From assembly GCA_011049175.1 (NCBI GenBank), contig DSCJ01000015.1, forward strand, positions 9,615 to 73,614: a stretch of 64,000 bases of DNA. The letters run 5' to 3'. Numbering within the stretch: the first letter of the stretch is position 1; each line of letters begins with the position of its first letter. The notes beneath the pieces were generated by a model, which had not been told where the DNA came from, ran no database searches, and saw only the letters and a list, made by a program, of their open reading frames with translations. Of the stretch, positions 35,662-45,822 are shown in pieces. This DNA comes from Bacteroidota bacterium. GTDB lineage: Bacteria > Bacteroidota > Bacteroidia > Bacteroidales > VadinHA17. A program made the translations under genes and the position numbers.

Positions 35662-36657
35662 ATGTCCGATTCAAACTTTGTTGACTATATCAGGATTTAT
35701 TGCCGGTCAGGGAAAGGCGGAGCAGGGTCTGCTCATTTATACCGCGACCGGTTCAATCCAAAGGGCGGTCCTGACGGAGGCGACGGAGGCCGGGGGGGGA
35801 ATATCGTTTTGCGTGGCAATTCGCAGTTATGGACCCTGTTGCATTTGCGTTACAGAAAACATATACTGGCAGGAAATGGTCAACCGGGTGCAGCAGGTAT
35901 GAAAACCGGTGCCGACGGAAAAGATGTGGTGGTTGAGGTCCCGCTTGGGACGGTGGCAAGAAATGCCGAAACCAACACAATGCTGTTCGAAATAACCCGC
36001 GAAGGGGAAGAGAAAATTCTGGCGCAGGGGGGACGTGGCGGCCTGGGAAACACACATTTCAAATCGTCTACTTTTCAAACTCCCCGGTTTGCACAGCCCG
36101 GCGAAACTGGGGAAGAAGGCTGGTATACACTGGAGCTGAAGATACTGGCCGATGTAGGATTGGTTGGTTTTCCCAATGCAGGGAAATCTACCCTTCTATC
36201 GGTGATATCGGCTGCCAAACCTAAAATTGCCAATTATACTTTTACAACCCTTACACCGAATCTGGGCATTGTGCCATACCGGGAAGGAAAGTCCTTTGTG
36301 ATGGCCGATATACCGGGAATCATCGAAGGTGCCAGTGAAGGGAAGGGCCTGGGAATCCGGTTCCTGCGTCACATCGAAAGAAACTCCCTGCTCCTGTTCC
36401 TGATCCCGGCTGACAGCGACGATATTATTAATGAATACAGGATCCTGGTCGGTGAACTGGAAAAATACAATCCTGAACTACTCGATAAGAAAAGGATTCT
36501 GGCCATTACCAAATCTGATTTGCTGGATAAGGAGCTGATGGATGAAATTAAAAACGGGATGCCACCTATCCCCTGGTTGTTCATTTCTTCTTTTACCCGG
36601 CAGGGCCTGGTAAAGTTGAAAAGGATGATCTGGAATACATTGAATGAGGACTCTTAA
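35662..36657 (+). CDS. obgE: GTPase Obg
   Basis: A glycine-rich Obg fold ('[12 protein letters not shown]') is followed by G1 'GFPNAGKST' and G3 'DIPG'. Confidence 0.95.
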   Translation: MSDSNFVDYIRIYCRSGKGGAGSAHLYRDRFNPKGGPDGGDGGRGGNIVLRGNSQLWTLLHLRYRKHILAGNGQPGAAGMKTGADGKDVVVEVPLGTVARNAETNTMLFEITREGEEKILAQGGRGGLGNTHFKSSTFQTPRFAQPGETGEEGWYTLELKILADVGLVGFPNAGKSTLLSVISAAKPKIANYTFTTLTPNLGIVPYREGKSFVMADIPGIIEGASEGKGLGIRFLRHIERNSLLLFLIPADSDDIINEYRILVGELEKYNPELLDKKRILAITKSDLLDKELMDEIKNGMPPIPWLFISSFTRQGLVKLKRMIWNTLNEDS

Positions 36658-36671
36658 CCTGGAATAATAAT

Positions 36672-37262
36672 ATGCTCGAGCGTCTGATCCAGTGGGATAC
36701 GCAATGGTTTCTTCAGCTTAACGGACTGCATTCAGCATGGTGCGATGAAGTGATGTGGGCGGTAAGCGGGAAACTTACCTGGATACCTCTTTATCTTCTA
36801 ATTCTAATTCTGATCATCAGAAAATACCGATGGAAATCCCTGGTGATATTGCTGGTATTTATTCCCCTGCTGGTAACTGCCAGCGATCAGCTGTCGGTTC
36901 TGATAAAAAACTCCGTTGAGCGGCTCAGACCCTGTCACACGCCGGAAATTCAGAATATGGTGCACCTGGTTCACGGACACTGCGGGGGTAAATTCGGTTT
37001 TGTTTCTTCCCATGCTTCCAACATGTTTGCCATTGCCCTGTTTAGTGCCCTTCTGCTGAAAAAGCGACTGTTTACCCTTCTCATTATCTTCTGGGCTGCC
37101 CTGGTGGCTTACAGCAGAATTTACCTAGGAGTTCATTTCCCGGGGGATGTGCTGGGTGGAACACTGGTCGGGATTTTCCTGGGAGTGGGGTTTTCAATGC
37201 TGTATGCAATGACTGACAAATCATGCCTGGGAGGCTGGATATTTTTCAGGGAGCCGGAGTGA
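36672..37262 (+). CDS. PAP2-family phosphatase (membrane)
   Basis: Contains the acid phosphatase motifs 'KNSVERLRP', 'SSHASN' and 'SRIYLGVHFPGDV', and is polytopic. Confidence 0.8.
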   Translation: MLERLIQWDTQWFLQLNGLHSAWCDEVMWAVSGKLTWIPLYLLILILIIRKYRWKSLVILLVFIPLLVTASDQLSVLIKNSVERLRPCHTPEIQNMVHLVHGHCGGKFGFVSSHASNMFAIALFSALLLKKRLFTLLIIFWAALVAYSRIYLGVHFPGDVLGGTLVGIFLGVGFSMLYAMTDKSCLGGWIFFREPE

Positions 37263-37349
37263 TATCCTCCTGTCCATGAGAAAAACAAAATACCCCGTTA
37301 TTGTGTTTAGGTACCAGCTGCATCTATACAGTTTCTAAAAAAATCTGAT

Positions 37350-38330
37350 ATGCTCTGCATCACACATGATAGAACCGACCCATCCTTTAATCTGGCTTCC
37401 GAGGAATATGTGCTCAGGAATTTTAGCGATGATTGCTTTATGCTCTGGCGGAACAGGCCTTCAATCATTGTGGGCAAACATCAGAATACCCTTTCCGAGA
37501 TCAATGTGGATTATGTCAGAAAGCATCAGATTCCTGTAGTGAGGCGCCTTTCTGGAGGCGGTGCTGTTTTTCACGATCTTGGGAACCTGAATTTTACTTT
37601 TATTGTTACCGGGGAGGCCGGGAAACTGGTAGATTTCAGAAAATTTACCCGTCCTGTGCTGGAGGTCCTGCAAAAAATGGGTATCAATGCCCGGTTTGAA
37701 GGGAGAAATGATCTGACCATCGAAGGGAAAAAATTTTCCGGTAATGCCGAACATGTATTCAAGAACAGAGTATTGCATCATGGAACCCTGCTTTTCTCTT
37801 CTGTAATCAGTGATCTGTCAGATGCCCTGAGGGTGAATCCGCTTAAATTTACTGATAAGGCCGTTAAATCGGTTCGAAGCCGGGTAACCAATATCCGTGA
37901 CCATTTGAAAACACCCATTGATGTGCTTGCTTTCAGGGACCTGGTCATGGACCATGTGATGGAAACCAAAGCAGGAGCCGTACCCTATGTGTTCAGCCCG
38001 GAAGATCTGGAAAAAATCGACTCTCTGGTAAAAACCAAATACGACACATGGGAATGGAATTACGGGTATTCACCCGATTACGGATTCAAAAAAAGCATAC
38101 GATATAACGGAGGATTCATCGAATTCCATCTGGACGTAAAAAAGGGATTCATCCATGATATCAGAATATACGGAGATTTTTTCAATACCCGTGACATTAA
38201 GGAAATCTCCGACCTGCTGAAAGGAATGCCCCATGATCCGGAAAAGATTATGGGGCAACTCAGGGATATTCCTCTGGGAGAATATTTTCACGGAATTGAT
38301 TCAGAGGAGTTTATCAAAGGTTTGTTCTGA
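37350..38330 (+). CDS. lplA: lipoate--protein ligase
   Basis: Contains 'RRLSGGGAVFHDLGN' and 'GKKFSGNAE'. 326 aa. Confidence 0.9.
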   Translation: MLCITHDRTDPSFNLASEEYVLRNFSDDCFMLWRNRPSIIVGKHQNTLSEINVDYVRKHQIPVVRRLSGGGAVFHDLGNLNFTFIVTGEAGKLVDFRKFTRPVLEVLQKMGINARFEGRNDLTIEGKKFSGNAEHVFKNRVLHHGTLLFSSVISDLSDALRVNPLKFTDKAVKSVRSRVTNIRDHLKTPIDVLAFRDLVMDHVMETKAGAVPYVFSPEDLEKIDSLVKTKYDTWEWNYGYSPDYGFKKSIRYNGGFIEFHLDVKKGFIHDIRIYGDFFNTRDIKEISDLLKGMPHDPEKIMGQLRDIPLGEYFHGIDSEEFIKGLF

Positions 38331-38410
38331 AAGTCCAATACGATTGCTTTTCCGGGAACGCAGGATGGGCAAATTAATCATATTTTCATTATTTTTCAGT
38401 ACTCAATTAC

Positions 38411-39139
38411 GTGATGAATATTCTGAAGTCATTACTGATATGGGTCTTTATTGCTGTGACCCTGCTCCTGTTTTTTTTCCCTGCCTCCCTGATATGGCTG
38501 GTGTGCAGACCTTTTGACAGGCGACAGGTGGTGTTTCACAGAGTGACCTCCCTGTGGGCATATATGTATGCTCTGGTTATTCCCGGATGGAAGATATCCA
38601 TAGAAGGCAGGGAGAAAATTAGCCCGGATAAAACCTATATTATTATCTGCAATCACCAGTCGGCAGCCGACATTGCCGTTCTTTTCGGTTTATTCACACA
38701 TTTCAAATGGGTATCCAAATCCTTCAACTTTAAATTACCGGTAGTGGGCTGGGTTATGCGTATGAACCGATACATCGAAGTGGGGGATTCGCCCGGGAGT
38801 ATTCGCCGGATGCTTGAAAAATCTACCCGGGCCCTCAGGGAAGGAAATTCCATACTGATCTTTCCAGAGGGCACCCGCTCCAGGGATCTGAAGCTTGGAA
38901 GATTTCATGATGGGGCATTTCACCTGGCGCTGGAAAACAAAATTCCCATTATACCCGTACTTCTTGATGGAACGGGGCAGGCTTTGCCCAGGAACGGATA
39001 TGTGTTTTCGGGCCATCCCGGAATCTTGGTGAAGGTAATGGATGAAGTTCCGTATAGCTTTTTCAAAAATATGTCGGTAAAAGAGCTGCGGGATTATTTC
39101 CATTCCTTTTATCAGGAAAAGCTTGCGGAAATGCCTTAG
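38411..39139 (+). CDS. plsC: 1-acyl-sn-glycerol-3-phosphate acyltransferase family protein
   Basis: Has an N-terminal TM helix, the HX4D motif 'NHQSAADI', and 'FPEGTRS'. Confidence 0.85.
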   Translation: MMNILKSLLIWVFIAVTLLLFFFPASLIWLVCRPFDRRQVVFHRVTSLWAYMYALVIPGWKISIEGREKISPDKTYIIICNHQSAADIAVLFGLFTHFKWVSKSFNFKLPVVGWVMRMNRYIEVGDSPGSIRRMLEKSTRALREGNSILIFPEGTRSRDLKLGRFHDGAFHLALENKIPIIPVLLDGTGQALPRNGYVFSGHPGILVKVMDEVPYSFFKNMSVKELRDYFHSFYQEKLAEMP

Positions 39140-39147
39140 ATAAACGG

Positions 39148-39930
39148 ATGATCGAACTTCCACCATATCCTTCCGCCAGGATCCTCAGGAAAATGGATTA
39201 TCTGAAGGACCAGAAGGGCATAATTAGCCGGTATTTGAGGGAAAAGGAACAATGGGAGGAGCATTTGATGAATACCAGGCAATACATCACTGGTTTGGTC
39301 AGACTCAATAAATTCAGGGTGGTGGGGATTCTCGGGAGTGGCTGGCTGCTGGATATACCCATCCGGGAACTGGCTTCGGAATGCGAAAAAGTGTATCTGG
39401 TTGATATTCACCATCCTCCGCAGGTGGTTCACAGGGTAAATCAATGGCCACATGTACAGTTGGTCAGGGCTGATATTACCGGTGGTTGGATTGAAAGGGC
39501 ATTTGCCTGGGCAGCAGAGGGTAGGAAGAAAAAAGACGGGCAGAGGGAAATTTCTGCAGGTCAACCGGCATTTTCGTTCCCAGAAAAGGTTCATGGCTGG
39601 TTTTCAGTGAATGTTCTGGATCAGCTCGACAGCCTTGTATGTGACTATTTACGGAGAAAAAATTTTCCGGATGAAATAGTAGAAAAGGCGGGGGAGCATA
39701 TCCAGAGCGCCCATATTGAATTTCTTCGGCACAATAAAGGTTTTCTCATTACCGATATCAGGGAAAAAATATACCGGAAAGGCAAAGAAACAGAAGTGCG
39801 TGATGTGATCAGGGTGCCCATTCCTGCAGGAACAAACAGGAAAAAGTGGACCTGGGCTTTTGATACGGAGGGTGCCTATGTGCAAGCCTGTGAAACCTGT
39901 TATGAAGTTCTTGCCATTCGCCTGGGGTGA
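39148..39930 (+). CDS. hypothetical protein, possibly a Rossmann/class I methyltransferase-like fold
   Basis: A 260-aa ORF starts 8 nt after plsC. The strand-loop patterns 'VVGILGSGWLLD', 'VYLVDIHH', 'LVRADITG' and 'FSVNVLDQL' are reminiscent of SAM-MTase motifs I-IV. I do not recognise a family. Confidence 0.35.
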   Translation: MIELPPYPSARILRKMDYLKDQKGIISRYLREKEQWEEHLMNTRQYITGLVRLNKFRVVGILGSGWLLDIPIRELASECEKVYLVDIHHPPQVVHRVNQWPHVQLVRADITGGWIERAFAWAAEGRKKKDGQREISAGQPAFSFPEKVHGWFSVNVLDQLDSLVCDYLRRKNFPDEIVEKAGEHIQSAHIEFLRHNKGFLITDIREKIYRKGKETEVRDVIRVPIPAGTNRKKWTWAFDTEGAYVQACETCYEVLAIRLG

Positions 39931-39938
39931 ATTTGTTT

Positions 39939-39956
39939 GCGGGGTTTGATTGATAA
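39939..39956 (+). repeat. direct repeat copy 1 (GCGGGGTTTGATTGATAA)
   Basis: Matches 40081-40097 (GCGGGGATTGTTGATAA) with one substitution and one indel. Confidence 0.6.
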
Positions 39957-40080
39957 GCCGGTAAAGGAGAGACTTTTCAACAAATACACCGGGGGAGTAC
40001 GATTCGCGTACCTGCACATTAATTACTGATTGTGATTCGTGTTCTGGTACTCTTCCGTTGCCGGTATTTGTGCATAACCT

Positions 40081-40097
40081 GCGGGGATTGTTGATAA
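40081..40097 (+). repeat. direct repeat copy 2 (GCGGGGATTGTTGATAA)
   Basis: See copy 1. It lies 31 nt upstream of the parE -7 box. Confidence 0.6.
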
Positions 40098-40127
40098 ACA
40101 ATGCTGAAATCGGTCTTTCTTTTCCTG

Positions 40128-40135
40128 TATATTTG
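40128..40135 (+). promoter_or_regulatory. putative -7 promoter box TATATTTG upstream of parE
   Basis: An exact TAnnTTTG match ends 19 nt upstream of ATG 40154. Confidence 0.45.
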
Positions 40136-40153
40136 CACAAATTTCAGGAAAAA

Positions 40154-42001
40154 ATGACGGCAAACTATTCGGAAGATTCCATTCGTACCCTTGACTGGAG
40201 GGAGCACATCAGGAAACGTCCCGGTATGTATATAGGAAAGCTGGGCGACGGTTCTTCTCAGGACGACGGAATATATGTGCTGGTGAAGGAAGTGATGGAC
40301 AACTCGGTGGATGAGTTCATGATGGGCTTTGGAAAGCAGATCGATGTGACTGTGGTTGACGGTGAGGTCAGTATTCGCGATTATGGCCGGGGAATTCCTC
40401 TTGGCAAACTGGTGGATGCCGCCTCAAAAATGAATACCGGTGCCAAGTATGATTCGAAAGTATTTAAAAAGTCCGTCGGACTGAACGGGGTTGGGATCAA
40501 GGCTGTAAATGCTCTTTCTAGCCGTTTTTTAATCCAGTCATACCGCGAAAAAAAGGTGAAAATTGCCGAGTTTTCAGAGGGCAACCTGGTGAGAGAAGAG
40601 GAAATACAACCGGCCGATGAACCCGACGGTTTGCTGGTAACCTTTACCCCTGACCCGGAAATGTTCGGAAATTATCATTATCTGAGCGAATATATTGAAA
40701 CCATGCTCAGAAACTATGTTTACCTGAATGCCGGCTTGATTATCCGGTTTAACGGACAAAAATTTCAGTCGAAAAACGGCCTTCTCGATCTGCTGGAGGA
40801 AAACCTGAGTGTGGAAGGCTTGTATCCGCCCATTCATTTGAAGAACCATGATATCGAGGTGGCTTTTACCCATGGGAATCAATACGGTGAGGAATATTAC
40901 AGCTTTGTAAACGGACAACATACCACCCAGGGAGGGACCCATCTGGCCGCTTTCCGCGAAGCCCTGGTTAAAACCATTCGCGAATTTTATAAAAAGGATT
41001 TTGAACCTGCCGATATCAGGGCTTCCATCATTGCGGCCATGAGCATAAAAATTGAAGAACCGGTATTTGAGTCGCAGACTAAGACCAAACTGGGATCGAA
41101 AGACATGGCGCCAGGGGGAACCAGTGTACGCAACTATATTACCGATTTTCTGAAAAACCATCTGGATAATTACCTGCACAAGCATCCTGAAACGGCCGAC
41201 ATGATCCTGAAAAAAATCCATGAATCGGAAAAAGAAAGGAAAGCCATTTCAGGTATCCAGAAACTGGCCAGGGAACGGGCTAAAAAAGCTAACCTGCACA
41301 ACAAAAAGCTGCGTGACTGCCGTATTCATTACAATACTTCGGATAACCGGCGGTTGGAATCCACCCTGTTCATAACAGAAGGGGATTCGGCTTCCGGTTC
41401 CATTACCAAAGCCAGAAATGTGGAAACACAGGCGGTTTTTAGTTTGAAGGGAAAACCCCTGAATACATACGGCCTATCAAAAAAGATCGTATATGAAAAC
41501 GAAGAGTTCAACCTGCTTCAGGCAGCCCTGAATATTGAAGACGGGCTGGAGAATCTCAGATACAACAATGTGGTAATTGCCACAGATGCCGATGTTGACG
41601 GCATGCATATCCGCCTTCTGTTAATTACTTTTTTCCTACAATTTTTCCCCGACCTTATCAAACAGGGGCATTTATATATTCTGCAAACTCCCCTGTTCCG
41701 CATCAGAAACAAGGATAAAAGCCTTTATTGCTACAATGAATCGGAAAAGAGAGAAGCACTGGCCAAACTGGGGCAGAATGCAGAAATTACCCGTTTTAAA
41801 GGCTTAGGAGAAATATCTCCCGATGAATTCAGTAATTTTATCGGAAAGGATATGCGTCTGGAACCGGTTAGACTGAAGAAGGGTGATATGTATGCCGAAC
41901 TTCTGAAATTCTATATGGGGAAAAATACCCCGGAAAGGCAGGATTTTATTATTGATAACCTGAGAGTGGAAGAAGACACGATTGAAGCCGGCGTGATTTG
42001 A
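40154..42001 (+). CDS. parE: DNA topoisomerase IV subunit B
   Basis: Has a GHKL ATPase domain ('EVMDNSVDE', 'GLNGVG') and Toprim motifs ('ITEGDSA', 'ATDADVDG'). It is 615 aa from ATG 40154. The adjacent parC-like gene favours topoisomerase IV over gyrase. Confidence 0.8.
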   Translation: MTANYSEDSIRTLDWREHIRKRPGMYIGKLGDGSSQDDGIYVLVKEVMDNSVDEFMMGFGKQIDVTVVDGEVSIRDYGRGIPLGKLVDAASKMNTGAKYDSKVFKKSVGLNGVGIKAVNALSSRFLIQSYREKKVKIAEFSEGNLVREEEIQPADEPDGLLVTFTPDPEMFGNYHYLSEYIETMLRNYVYLNAGLIIRFNGQKFQSKNGLLDLLEENLSVEGLYPPIHLKNHDIEVAFTHGNQYGEEYYSFVNGQHTTQGGTHLAAFREALVKTIREFYKKDFEPADIRASIIAAMSIKIEEPVFESQTKTKLGSKDMAPGGTSVRNYITDFLKNHLDNYLHKHPETADMILKKIHESEKERKAISGIQKLARERAKKANLHNKKLRDCRIHYNTSDNRRLESTLFITEGDSASGSITKARNVETQAVFSLKGKPLNTYGLSKKIVYENEEFNLLQAALNIEDGLENLRYNNVVIATDADVDGMHIRLLLITFFLQFFPDLIKQGHLYILQTPLFRIRNKDKSLYCYNESEKREALAKLGQNAEITRFKGLGEISPDEFSNFIGKDMRLEPVRLKKGDMYAELLKFYMGKNTPERQDFIIDNLRVEEDTIEAGVI

Positions 42002-42040
42002 TGCAACGCCGGGTGGAATGGATATCCTTTTTTGCTTTGT

Positions 42041-44713
42041 ATGGATTGGGAAGAAAAAGACAAAATTAGGGAAGAACTCCCTGAGGATTCTCTTTCCGGA
42101 GAAACGGAAAGAGAAGGCAGTCCTCATGATGAGACGTACCGGGTTACCCAGTTGAGCGGACTGTACCAGGACTGGTTTCTCGATTACGCTTCCTATGTGA
42201 TTCTGGAAAGGGCCGTGCCTCATATTCACGATGGGCTCAAACCTGTGCAACGGCGTATCCTTCATGCCATGAAAAGGCTTGATGACGGCCGGTACAATAA
42301 AGTGGCCAATATCATCGGGCATACCATGCAATATCATCCCCATGGCGATGCTTCCATTGGGGATGCTCTGGTACAGATGGGGCAGAAGGAACTGCTGATC
42401 GATACACAGGGAAACTGGGGTAATGTATTGACCGGCGACGGAGCTGCTGCATCGCGTTACATTGAAGCCAGACTTTCGAAATTTGCTCTGGAGGTGGTTT
42501 TCAATTCCAAAACCACCGAATGGAAACCATCTTATGACGGGCGGAACAAAGAACCAGTAACCCTTCCGGTGAAATTTCCCCTCGTGCTGGTGCAGGGAGT
42601 GGAAGGTATTGCCGTGGGGTTGGCTTCCAAAATTCTTCCCCATAATTTTAATGAGGTTATCGATGCGGCCATTGCTTACCTGAAAAAGCAGCCATTTGAG
42701 CTTTTTCCCGATTTTTTGACAGGAGGCCTGGCAGATTTTTCAAAATACAACGATGGAAAAAGGGGCGGATCAGTCAGGATCAGGGCAAGGATTAGCAAAC
42801 TGGACAAGAAAACCCTGGTCATTACCGAGATCCCCTATGGAAAAACTACGGGAAACATCATTGATTCGATTATCAAAGCAAACGAAAAAGGGAAGATCAA
42901 GGTAAAGAAGATTGATGACAATACTTCGGAAAAGGTGGAAATCCTGGTGCATCTTGTCCCCGGTGTTTCCTCTGAAAAAACCATCGATGCCCTGTATGCT
43001 TTTACCGATTGTGAAACACCCGTTTCTCCCAATGCCTGTGTTATACAGGATGGGAAACCGCGATTTCTGGGAGTGAGCGATATCCTTCGTGCATCGGTCG
43101 ACAGAACGGTACACCTGCTGACCCGGGAACTGGAAATCCGCAGGGAGGAGCTGAATGAATTACTGCATTTTTCTTCGCTGGAGAAGATCTTTATCGAAAA
43201 ACGCATTTACCGGAAAATTGAAGAATGTGAAACCTGGGAATCGGTGATCGAAACGATTGAGGAAGGACTGAAACCCTTTGCCGGCCTGCTGCTCAGGGAA
43301 GTTGCCCGGGATGATATTATACGGCTAACAGAGATAAAAATCAAGCGGATTTCCAGGTATGATTCCCGTAAAGCCGATGAAGTAATCAAAAACCTTCAGG
43401 CCGAGCTCGCTGAGGTGGAAAATCACCTGGAAAATATTATTTCCTATGCCGTTAATTATTTCAGGCAGATCAGGAAAAAGTACGGAGCCGGTCGAAATAG
43501 AAAGACAGAAATACGCAACTTCGACACCATTGAAGCCACCAAGGTGGCAGTGGCCAATGCAAAACTGTATGTTAACCGACGCGAGGGCTTTGCAGGAACG
43601 GCTTTGAAAAAAGATGAGTACGTTTGCGACTGTTCTGATATTGACGATATCATTGTCATCCGGGAAGACGGGTCGTACCTGGTGACAAAGGTGGCGGAAA
43701 AACTCTTTGTGGGGAAGAATATCCATTATATCGGTGTTTTCAAGAAGAATGACAAACGCACCATTTATAATATTCTTTACCGCGACGGGAAATCAGGGCC
43801 GGTTATGGTGAAACGAGCAGCCATTACCGGCATTACACGCGACCGGGAATACAATCTGACGCGTGGTACAGAAAATTCCAAAATCCTGTATCTCAGTGGT
43901 AATCCCAATGGGGAAGCGGAAGTGGTGAAAGTATACCTGAAACCAAAACCCCGCCTGCGGCAAACCATCCTGGAACTTGATTTTGCCGGAATCGCCATCA
44001 AGGGTAGGAGCGCCCGGGGAAACATATTTACACGTCATTCTGTACAGAAAGTCGTTATGAAGGAAAAGGGCGAATCGACCCTCGGTGGCCGCAAGGTTTG
44101 GTTTGACCATGATGTGCTGAGGCTCAATTATGACGGAAGGGGAACATGCCTGGGTGAATTTTCCGGTGGCGACAGAATTCTGGTGGTGACCAGGGAAGGT
44201 GCTTTTTATACCTGTAGTTTCGATCCGTCGAACCATTTCGAGGATAATATTTTGCTGATTGAGAAATTCAATCCGAACAAGGTGTATTCGGCCGTTTATT
44301 ATGATGCGGGACAGGCATATTACTATGTGAAGCGCTTCAGCATGGAACCTGCTGAAAAACCCCTGTCGTTCATCGGAGAACATCCCGAATCCAAACTGGT
44401 AAGCCTGATGGAAGTGGAATATCCCCGACTGGAGATCCAGTTTGGAGGGAAAAATAAGACCCGTGAGCCGGAAATCATCGAAGTAGCTGAATTTATCGGA
44501 GTAAAAAGCTACAGAGCCAGGGGGAAAAGGCTTACTACTTTTTCGGTGGAAAATATCCGGGAAATTGAGCCGGTCATGAAAACAGAGATACCACCTGCTG
44601 ATAATCAGGAAAACGGGGAAGAAGCAGACAAGGAAAATGAGGAACGGATTCCGGAAAAAAAGAAACCTCCGGAAAAGGATACAGATTATGCCCAGATGAA
44701 ACTGGATATATAA
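42041..44713 (+). CDS. parC: DNA topoisomerase IV subunit A
   Basis: Contains 'DGLKPVQRRILHAM' and the active-site Tyr region 'AASRYIEARL'. It has a long beta-pinwheel C-terminus with an acidic tail. Confidence 0.8.
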   Translation: MDWEEKDKIREELPEDSLSGETEREGSPHDETYRVTQLSGLYQDWFLDYASYVILERAVPHIHDGLKPVQRRILHAMKRLDDGRYNKVANIIGHTMQYHPHGDASIGDALVQMGQKELLIDTQGNWGNVLTGDGAAASRYIEARLSKFALEVVFNSKTTEWKPSYDGRNKEPVTLPVKFPLVLVQGVEGIAVGLASKILPHNFNEVIDAAIAYLKKQPFELFPDFLTGGLADFSKYNDGKRGGSVRIRARISKLDKKTLVITEIPYGKTTGNIIDSIIKANEKGKIKVKKIDDNTSEKVEILVHLVPGVSSEKTIDALYAFTDCETPVSPNACVIQDGKPRFLGVSDILRASVDRTVHLLTRELEIRREELNELLHFSSLEKIFIEKRIYRKIEECETWESVIETIEEGLKPFAGLLLREVARDDIIRLTEIKIKRISRYDSRKADEVIKNLQAELAEVENHLENIISYAVNYFRQIRKKYGAGRNRKTEIRNFDTIEATKVAVANAKLYVNRREGFAGTALKKDEYVCDCSDIDDIIVIREDGSYLVTKVAEKLFVGKNIHYIGVFKKNDKRTIYNILYRDGKSGPVMVKRAAITGITRDREYNLTRGTENSKILYLSGNPNGEAEVVKVYLKPKPRLRQTILELDFAGIAIKGRSARGNIFTRHSVQKVVMKEKGESTLGGRKVWFDHDVLRLNYDGRGTCLGEFSGGDRILVVTREGAFYTCSFDPSNHFEDNILLIEKFNPNKVYSAVYYDAGQAYYYVKRFSMEPAEKPLSFIGEHPESKLVSLMEVEYPRLEIQFGGKNKTREPEIIEVAEFIGVKSYRARGKRLTTFSVENIREIEPVMKTEIPPADNQENGEEADKENEERIPEKKKPPEKDTDYAQMKLDI

Positions 44714-44726
44714 ATCTGACTGCCTG

Positions 44727-45248
44727 ATGGAGCCTTCACGGATCATCCTTATCGGTTTTATGGGCTCGGGGAAAACCTGGCTGGGTAAAAAACTTGCAGA
44801 AAACATCGGTAATGTTTTTTTCGATCTGGATGAACTGATAGAAAAGGAAACCGGCCTATCCGTGGGCGAAATATTTCACCGTTACGGAGAAGAAACATTC
44901 AGACAGTCAGAAAGAAACGCCCTGCTGCAGGTATTGCATCAAGAAAGGTTCGTACTGGCTGCCGGAGGTGGAGCCCCCTGCTACCGTGACCAGATGAGGC
45001 TGATGAATCGTGCCGGATTGACGATTTATCTGAAATGTTCTCCAGAGACTCTTTTTAGCCGACTTAAGCATGAATCACAGAAACGCCCCCTGCTCAGGGA
45101 TAAAACAGATGAAAGGTTGATAACCTATATTGCCGGCACCCTCAAACAACGTGAGCCGGTCTATCTTCAGGCGGGACTCATCCTGCCGGCAGACCGGTTA
45201 ACCCCCGGTGAGCTTGCCAGGCATATCCGGGAATGGCCTCCTTCCTAG
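44727..45248 (+). CDS. aroK: shikimate kinase
   Basis: Has the P-loop 'GFMGSGKT'. 173 aa. Confidence 0.9.
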   Translation: MEPSRIILIGFMGSGKTWLGKKLAENIGNVFFDLDELIEKETGLSVGEIFHRYGEETFRQSERNALLQVLHQERFVLAAGGGAPCYRDQMRLMNRAGLTIYLKCSPETLFSRLKHESQKRPLLRDKTDERLITYIAGTLKQREPVYLQAGLILPADRLTPGELARHIREWPPS

Positions 45249-45362
45249 CCTATCGTGCCGGAAGCGCAACAGCCTTTTTCAGTTGTTTTTAAAAAACCAT
45301 CGTTGAAATGGATTTTTTTTAATTCCCTGAAAAAGGATAATTTTGTTCCTTCTGTGCACTGG

Positions 45363-45812
45363 ATGAAAACATACATCTTATTCTGCCTGTTGATATGGAG
45401 TGGCCTTCCATGCGGGACACCGAAACATTTTGAAGTGCTGGAGACGGTAGCTGAAGAAATCATTCCAGGAAGAAGAGAATCTCCTTCCTATGTGCAATAT
45501 AAAGTGGTGCTGGTAACAGCGAGAAGCTCGGAAAGATTGGAATTTTTACACCTCTGGTTGAATAAGAAAAGTATTTCTCTGAAAATCCATATGAAAAACA
45601 GGGATCAATCTGTGAAGGAATTCGGAAGGGGAGACACCCTTCTGTTGTATGCCACGCTTTTCCCCGGAATAATGGAGGCGGAGGAAGAAAAAAGGTACGT
45701 TCCTGAAGAAGTGAAGAAAGCTGCCTCTCCGGTTCTGGAGTATACAGTGGGGAAGAAAACAAATTACAGGGAAATACTGTTTGATACAATAGAAACACAA
45801 GTAAACAGATAA
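45363..45812 (+). CDS. hypothetical secreted/lipo-protein
   Basis: The hydrophobic N-terminus '[18 protein letters not shown]' precedes a 149-aa protein. I do not recognise a family. It has the same orientation as, and is tightly packed with, its neighbours. Confidence 0.4.
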   Translation: MKTYILFCLLIWSGLPCGTPKHFEVLETVAEEIIPGRRESPSYVQYKVVLVTARSSERLEFLHLWLNKKSISLKIHMKNRDQSVKEFGRGDTLLLYATLFPGIMEAEEEKRYVPEEVKKAASPVLEYTVGKKTNYREILFDTIETQVNR

Positions 45813-45822
45813 TATAATAAAA

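Noticed and set aside
37871-37878. 'GGTTCGAA', a tRNA T-arm-like word (also 'GTTCGAAC' near 16640).
   Set aside because: Both lie in-frame inside well-supported CDSs (lplA and the cpgS-like gene) with no flanking acceptor or anticodon stem complementarity. No intergenic gap is large enough to hide a tRNA plus its promoter.
40154-44713. Whether this pair is gyrB/gyrA rather than parE/parC.
   Set aside because: The two genes are adjacent and co-oriented. The B subunit is short (615 aa). The A subunit is ~890 aa with 'ERAVPHIHDGLKPVQRRILHAM' and an acidic tail, which fits my memory of Bacteroidota topoisomerase IV better than gyrase. This is not proven without a phylogeny, hence confidence 0.8.
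43793-44806. A 337-aa ORF on the minus strand opposite parC/aroK, the second-longest unexplained ORF in the track.
   Set aside because: It is codon-aligned antisense to parC (both phases = 2 mod 3), so it stays open simply because parC lacks TTA/CTA/TCA codons there. The translation is low-complexity (F/R/I-rich) with no motifs, and parC has clear topoisomerase signatures.
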